DNA from: Somniosus microcephalus
Taxonomy: Eukaryota
Reading direction: 5' to 3'
NCBI GenBank assembly: GCA_052327205.1
Contig: CM126204.1
Coordinates: forward strand, 158,410,001 to 158,474,000
Length of the DNA: 64,000 nucleotides
Part shown: positions 60,018 to 64,000 of the stretch, in pieces
Layout of the letters: every line of letters starts with the position of its first letter
Position numbering within the stretch: position 1 is the first letter of the stretch
Position numbers and translations under genes: made by a program
The notes under the pieces: generated by a model
Databases searched by the model: none
Told to the model about the DNA's origin: nothing
Seen by the model: the letters and a program-made list of their open reading frames with translations, nothing else

Positions 60018-62472
60018 TATATAAATAAAACGGTCTGTCTCTCTGTCTGTCTTTCTGTCTCTCTGTCCGGCTATACAATCAATAGTTATAGAGCGTACCT
60101 ACACGTGTGTTACATCAAAAGAAAGCTTACGATTCCAGAACGGTCGTAAGCGTATTTACGTTTCGGTGAGACAAAAATTGTGCCCGCGGTATCCAAAAAA
60201 CATTCAAAATTCCGCTCATTATCTGCTCAATAGCATTGAGTGACGTCGAGGTCGACCAATCGTACGGTCAAGCGACCTGACGGTCGACCAATCGCTGCGT
60301 GGCGGGGGCGGGTTCCTGGCACGTGCGGGCGGGCTCTCCTAGAGTCGAGTGACGGGACGATTGACCAATCCTACGCTTCGGTGACCTGACGGTCGACCAA
60401 TTGGTGCGTGTGTGGGCGGGCCTTATCGTTCTGAACCGAGGTGAGTCGCCGCCATCTTGATTCCAAACTTTTCATTTCTTTTTCCCGCTTTCTGCGTCTT
60501 TAAAAAAAAAGTTGCTTTTAAAACACATAGGCCTAGAAATTCAGTTTGGGGCGCCCAGCTCGCCTGGGCGCCGGAATTACTGCTGCGCGCGGAGCCACTT
60601 GCGCCAGCGGGAAATTCACTTTCTGCGCCCCAAGTGGAAGCCGGCCGCTAAACAAGGGTTTCGGCGCCCCGCTTGGGGCGCTGAAACTGAATATCGGCGT
60701 GTAAAGTGCCGCAGCGCCACCCGCTGCGGCACGGCAGCCTGCGGTACTGCAGGCCTTCCTCCCACTCTTAAGGGGGAGGTGCCTGCAACAGCGCGATCCC
60801 CGCTCGCGAGTGCTGGCAAATGAGCCCGGCACCAAGGAGAAGTGCCGGGCTCTCTGGAAACAGCCGGCAATGCCGCGGGGGGCGGGTGTAGGAGGCCAGG
60901 GACGGAGGTGCGGGCAGGCGGCCGCCGAAAAAGCGGTCGGCCGCACCTCCACCTTAACTCGCCCCACTACCGGCACAGGTAGGCCCCGTGTACCGATCGC
61001 TGTTTGCGGCCGGCGTGGGGGAGGCGGCAGCAACTAAATATGGCCAGCGGGGCGATAGCGGGGCGCTGCGCACACCGATGACGTCATCGGTGGCGGCGCA
61101 GCGCTAATGGCTAACGCCGCCATTAGCGCCCCGCTAAATATCGCGGTAGGTTTGCACAGTGGCGCAAATGCCCTCTTTGGGCGCAAACTGGTGGCGCAGG
61201 CCACTGAATTTCTAGGCCATATTGTTTTTAAAAAAAAGTTAATTACTTTCTAAATCTTTTATCTAATCTCATTAATTTTCCTACCTTTCCCCGTTTTTGC
61301 AGGTAGGCCTCGAAGCCTGGGCGTCTGTTGCCAGCCATGCTGGACCCTAGGCAATTGTTTTGTGGCAAGCTCCTCCCACCCCCCACCACCCCCCCCCCCC
61401 GCTGGGCCCGATTCCGAACCAGCGGCCAGCCATCTTGGTAAAGGCTGGTGGCTGGGCTCACTGCAAGGCTCCTCGCGCTTCATTCGGGGGGGGGGGGCGG
61501 GGCTCGGGAGGGGAGGGGGAGCGGAGAGGGTTATCCCGGCAACCGGGCTCGCCAGCCACAATCGGCTGTCTCAAGCCGCTGAGGCCCAGTCCCGGAGATC
61601 GGGAGGCGGAGAGGGGAGGAGGGTTACCAAGGCAACCGGGCCCGGCCAGCCGCAATCGGCCGTCTCAAGCCGCCTCAGGCCTGGCCTCGGGAGGGTGGGG
61701 CTCGGGCTGACCGGGGCACTGCGCTCGGCATGTCAGTGCGTGGGGCGGCACGGAGCTCAGCGGAGCCATCGCCGGCAGAGGGGAGTGGATCTGCTGGCTC
61801 CCCCCTCCCTTTCTCCCCCCTCCTTCCCCNNNNNNNNNNNNNNNNNNNNNNNNNNNNNNNNNNNNNNNNNNNNNNNNNNNNNNNNNNNNNNNNNNNNNNN
61901 NNNNNNNNNNNNNNNNNNNNNNNNNNNNNNNNNNNNNNNNNNNNNNNNNNNNNNNNNNNNNNNNNNNNNNNNNNNNNNNNNNNNNNNNNNNNNNNNNNNN
62001 NNNNNNNNNNNNNNNNNNNNNNNNNNNNNNNNNNNNNNNNNNNNNNNNNNNNNNNNNNNNNNNNNNNNNNNNNNNNNNNNNNNNNNNNNNNNNNNNNNNN
62101 NNNTCCCCTTTCCACCCCCCTCCCCTTTCCCCCCTCTCNNNNNNNNNNNNNNNNNNNNNNNNNNNNNNNNNNNNNNNNNNNNNNNNNNNNNNNNNNNNNN
62201 NNNNNNNNNNNNNNNNNNNNNNNNNNNNNNNNNNNNNNNNNNNNNNNNNNNNNNNNNNNNNNNNNNNNNNNNNNNNNNNNNNNNNNNNNNNNNNNNNCCC
62301 CCCATTTCTCCCCCCCTCCCCCCCCACCTTCCCCCCAGTCGCTCTCTCTCTTCCCCCCAGTCGCTCTCTCTCTTCCCCCCAGTCGCTCTCTCTCTTCCCC
62401 CCAGTCGCTCTCTCTCTTCCAACAACAACATGCCCTCAAAAATCCCTCGGCACCGCCGGGCACTTCAGCTAG
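60018..62472 (+). mobile_element. Non-autonomous Helitron-type element, copy 2, head-to-tail with copy 1
   Basis: 60018-60500 homologous to ~55075-55535; same subterminal CAACAACAACATGCCCTCAAAAA, hairpin and CTAG|T at 62469-62473. Confidence 0.8.
60530..61218. mobile_element. GC-rich Harbinger-type MITE inside Helitron copy 2
   Basis: Perfect 16-bp TIR GGCCTAGAAATTCAGT / ACTGAATTTCTAGGCC; 3-bp TSD ATA; absent from copy 1. Confidence 0.9.
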
Positions 62473-62903
62473 TGCTTAATAAAAGAGTTAAACTGTAATA
62501 CTCCGTTGTCCTGCAAGTTATTACTTTTGTACAAAGTGTGCAAAACAAGACACTCGGTTCCGTGTGACTGCCTAAGAAGAAGAAGTTGGTAGCACTCGTG
62601 CCTCTGAGTCAGAAGGTTGTGGGTAAACAGCCCACTCCAGAGAATTGAGCATAAAAATCTAGGTTGACACGCCAGACAGTCCACTGTACTGTACTGTCGG
62701 AGGTGCCGTCTTTCGAATGAGATGTTAAACTGATGCCCCCGTCTGCTCTCTCAGGTGGACATAAAAAATCCCATGGCACTATTTTGAAGAGCAGGGGAGT
62801 ATTTATCCTTCAATCATCATCACTAAAGCAGTTTATCTGGTCATTAACACATTGCTGTTTGTGAGAGCTTGCTATGTGTTTCCTACATTACAACTGTGAC
62901 TAC

Positions 62904-64000
62904 AGCCGCGAAATTGGAGCCTTAGTGCTGGCCGTTAAGAAAAAATTGCAGCTGCCTCGCTTTTGCCTGCTTCCAGCAGGTCCCACAGCAGCTACCATTT
63001 TGGGAAGATCAGCAGTGCTTATATTTAGATGATGAGGCAGATCGTGACGTCAATGGGTGTGCAACATTGATTTGATGCACAATCTACCATTTTGGACATC
63101 GATGCTCCATTTAATGCCCTCTCCTAATCACAACCAACTGACCATGCGTTCAGCAGCAGGAGGAACCCCCAGCAGTGATATTTAAAGGGATCATCAACAG
63201 CTTACAGCTGACTTGCTTTTTCATTTCTACTGGCTCTGTGTAGGTATGTGCAACTGTTTGGAGCTTTCTATAGTTGTCTAAAGTTGCTGAGGTGACAGGG
63301 AGTGTTGCTGCAAGTACTGAATGCCTTGCTTCTCATTTAAAGGGTTCTGCTCACACCACTTGTCTCATTTAAAGGGTTCTGCTCACACCACTTGCTCCCA
63401 GTCATGGGGGCCCTACTTGCAATCCCCCTCATGCTCGAGTATGACAGGGAGATGGAGTGGAGGCAGCGAAGAAGAGGACAAGATGCTCACAGAGGGAGGA
63501 GGTGTAGGGCCAGGACAGCTCTCAATAGGAGGCCTTAGAGTCTTCAGGGAGCACTTCTCCTTCCCGCAACCAAGCCAGGAGCAGTGAGTTCGGAGGCTCC
63601 GCTTCACCAAGGAGGTAGTCGCAGTACTCAGAGTAGGGTGACGACGGCTCTCAAGGTCGCCGTGGCCCTCATTTTTTTCACCACCAGATCTTTCCTGTCT
63701 GGAGCAGACGACATAGCTAACATCTCCCAGTTCGCTGTCCATCGTTGCATCCAGGAGGTCACAGAGGCTCTCTACTCCAGGAGAAGGGGCTTCGTTGCCT
63801 TCTCTCTGAACAGAGAAAAGCAGGAGGAGCACGCATGTGGCTTTGCCAGGATATCAGGCTTCCTCATGGTGCAGAGCGCCATCGACTGCACACACGTGGC
63901 TTTGCGGGCACCGTATACCAATCCCGAAATGTTCCATAACCGCAAAGGCTACCACTCACTTAATGTGCAGTTGTTGTGCGACCACGCCCAGAGCATCATG
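62904..64000 (+). mobile_element. Harbinger transposon with degenerate transposase, runs off the window
   Basis: My translation of ~63650-64000: KVAVALIFFTT...GFARISGFLMVQSAIDCTHVALRAP...NRKGYHSLNVQLLCDH; TIR-like GCCGCGAAATT interrupts the SINE at ~62905. Confidence 0.85.

Larger units (their letters stand above)
54852..62552 (+). mobile_element. Solo LTR (~290 bp) split by Helitrons
   Basis: TGTAAC at 54852, AAGACA ending 62552; TSD CTCGG at 54847-54851 and 62553-62557; AATAAA at ~62478 in the right half. Confidence 0.88.
53999..62585 (+). mobile_element. 5'-truncated RTE-clade LINE, split near its 3' end
   Basis: VDHFPYLGS, TKLMVYRAAVIPTLLYASETW, RLPKQALYSEL and C-terminal CPAC...HLRTH (53999-54829); 3' end resumes 62558-62585 with (AAG)n tail; TSD TTGGT at 53994-53998 and 62586-62590. 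Confidence 0.9.
53975..62903 (+). mobile_element. Deu-domain SINE, outermost layer of a nested cluster
   Basis: Head GTGTCAACCGTGGCTCAATTGGT (53976-53998) continues as TTGGTAGCACTCGTGCCTCTGAGTCAGAAGG at 62586, then SINE body to ~62903. Confidence 0.85.

Noticed and set aside
55946-60028. 1360-aa and 1289-aa Ser/Leu/Pro ORFs and antisense Arg/Glu/Gly ORFs
   Set aside because: Translation of CT-rich minisatellite and N gaps, which lack stop codons; no domain content.
53975-62640. tRNA gene (A/B-box-like sequences at 53976 and 62586, also 25596-25651)
   Set aside because: tRNA-derived SINE heads continuous with SINE bodies; no complete cloverleaf.
63333-63398. Two-copy ~33-bp duplication upstream of the Harbinger transposase
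   Set aside because: Ordinary local slippage duplication with no sign of function.

Overview
Repeat-dominated vertebrate genomic DNA with assembly gaps near the 3' end. The abundant CR1 LINEs with esterase ORF1, Deu-domain SINEs and hammerhead-bearing Penelope-derived repeats suggest a cartilaginous fish (inference). I recognise no host protein-coding exon; a probable host promoter with non-coding exons lies on the minus strand at ~31.1-33.8 kb. Main elements, with boundaries read from target-site duplications (TSDs) where present: two near-full-length CR1 copies of one family (4422-8970 +, 38398-42500 -); a degenerate CsRn1-clade Ty3/Gypsy element (12264-16593) and an adjacent non-autonomous relative (16999-19387); a two-gene Harbinger (21826-25592); an apparently intact BEL/Pao element with matching LTRs and a 2062-aa ORF (44206-51543 -); several solo LTRs and MITEs; and a five-layer nest (SINE > RTE > solo LTR > tandem Helitrons > MITE, 53975-62903). 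Most notable observations: (i) the BEL element lacks a tRNA-type PBS but its PBS is complementary to its own LTR, suggesting Tf1-like self-priming; (ii) the Helitrons carry a promoter-like cassette with five RFX X-boxes, CCAAT boxes, YY1 sites and splice donors; (iii) two locally templated inverted insertions, one splitting a hammerhead core. Family assignments rest on motif recognition, not database searches.
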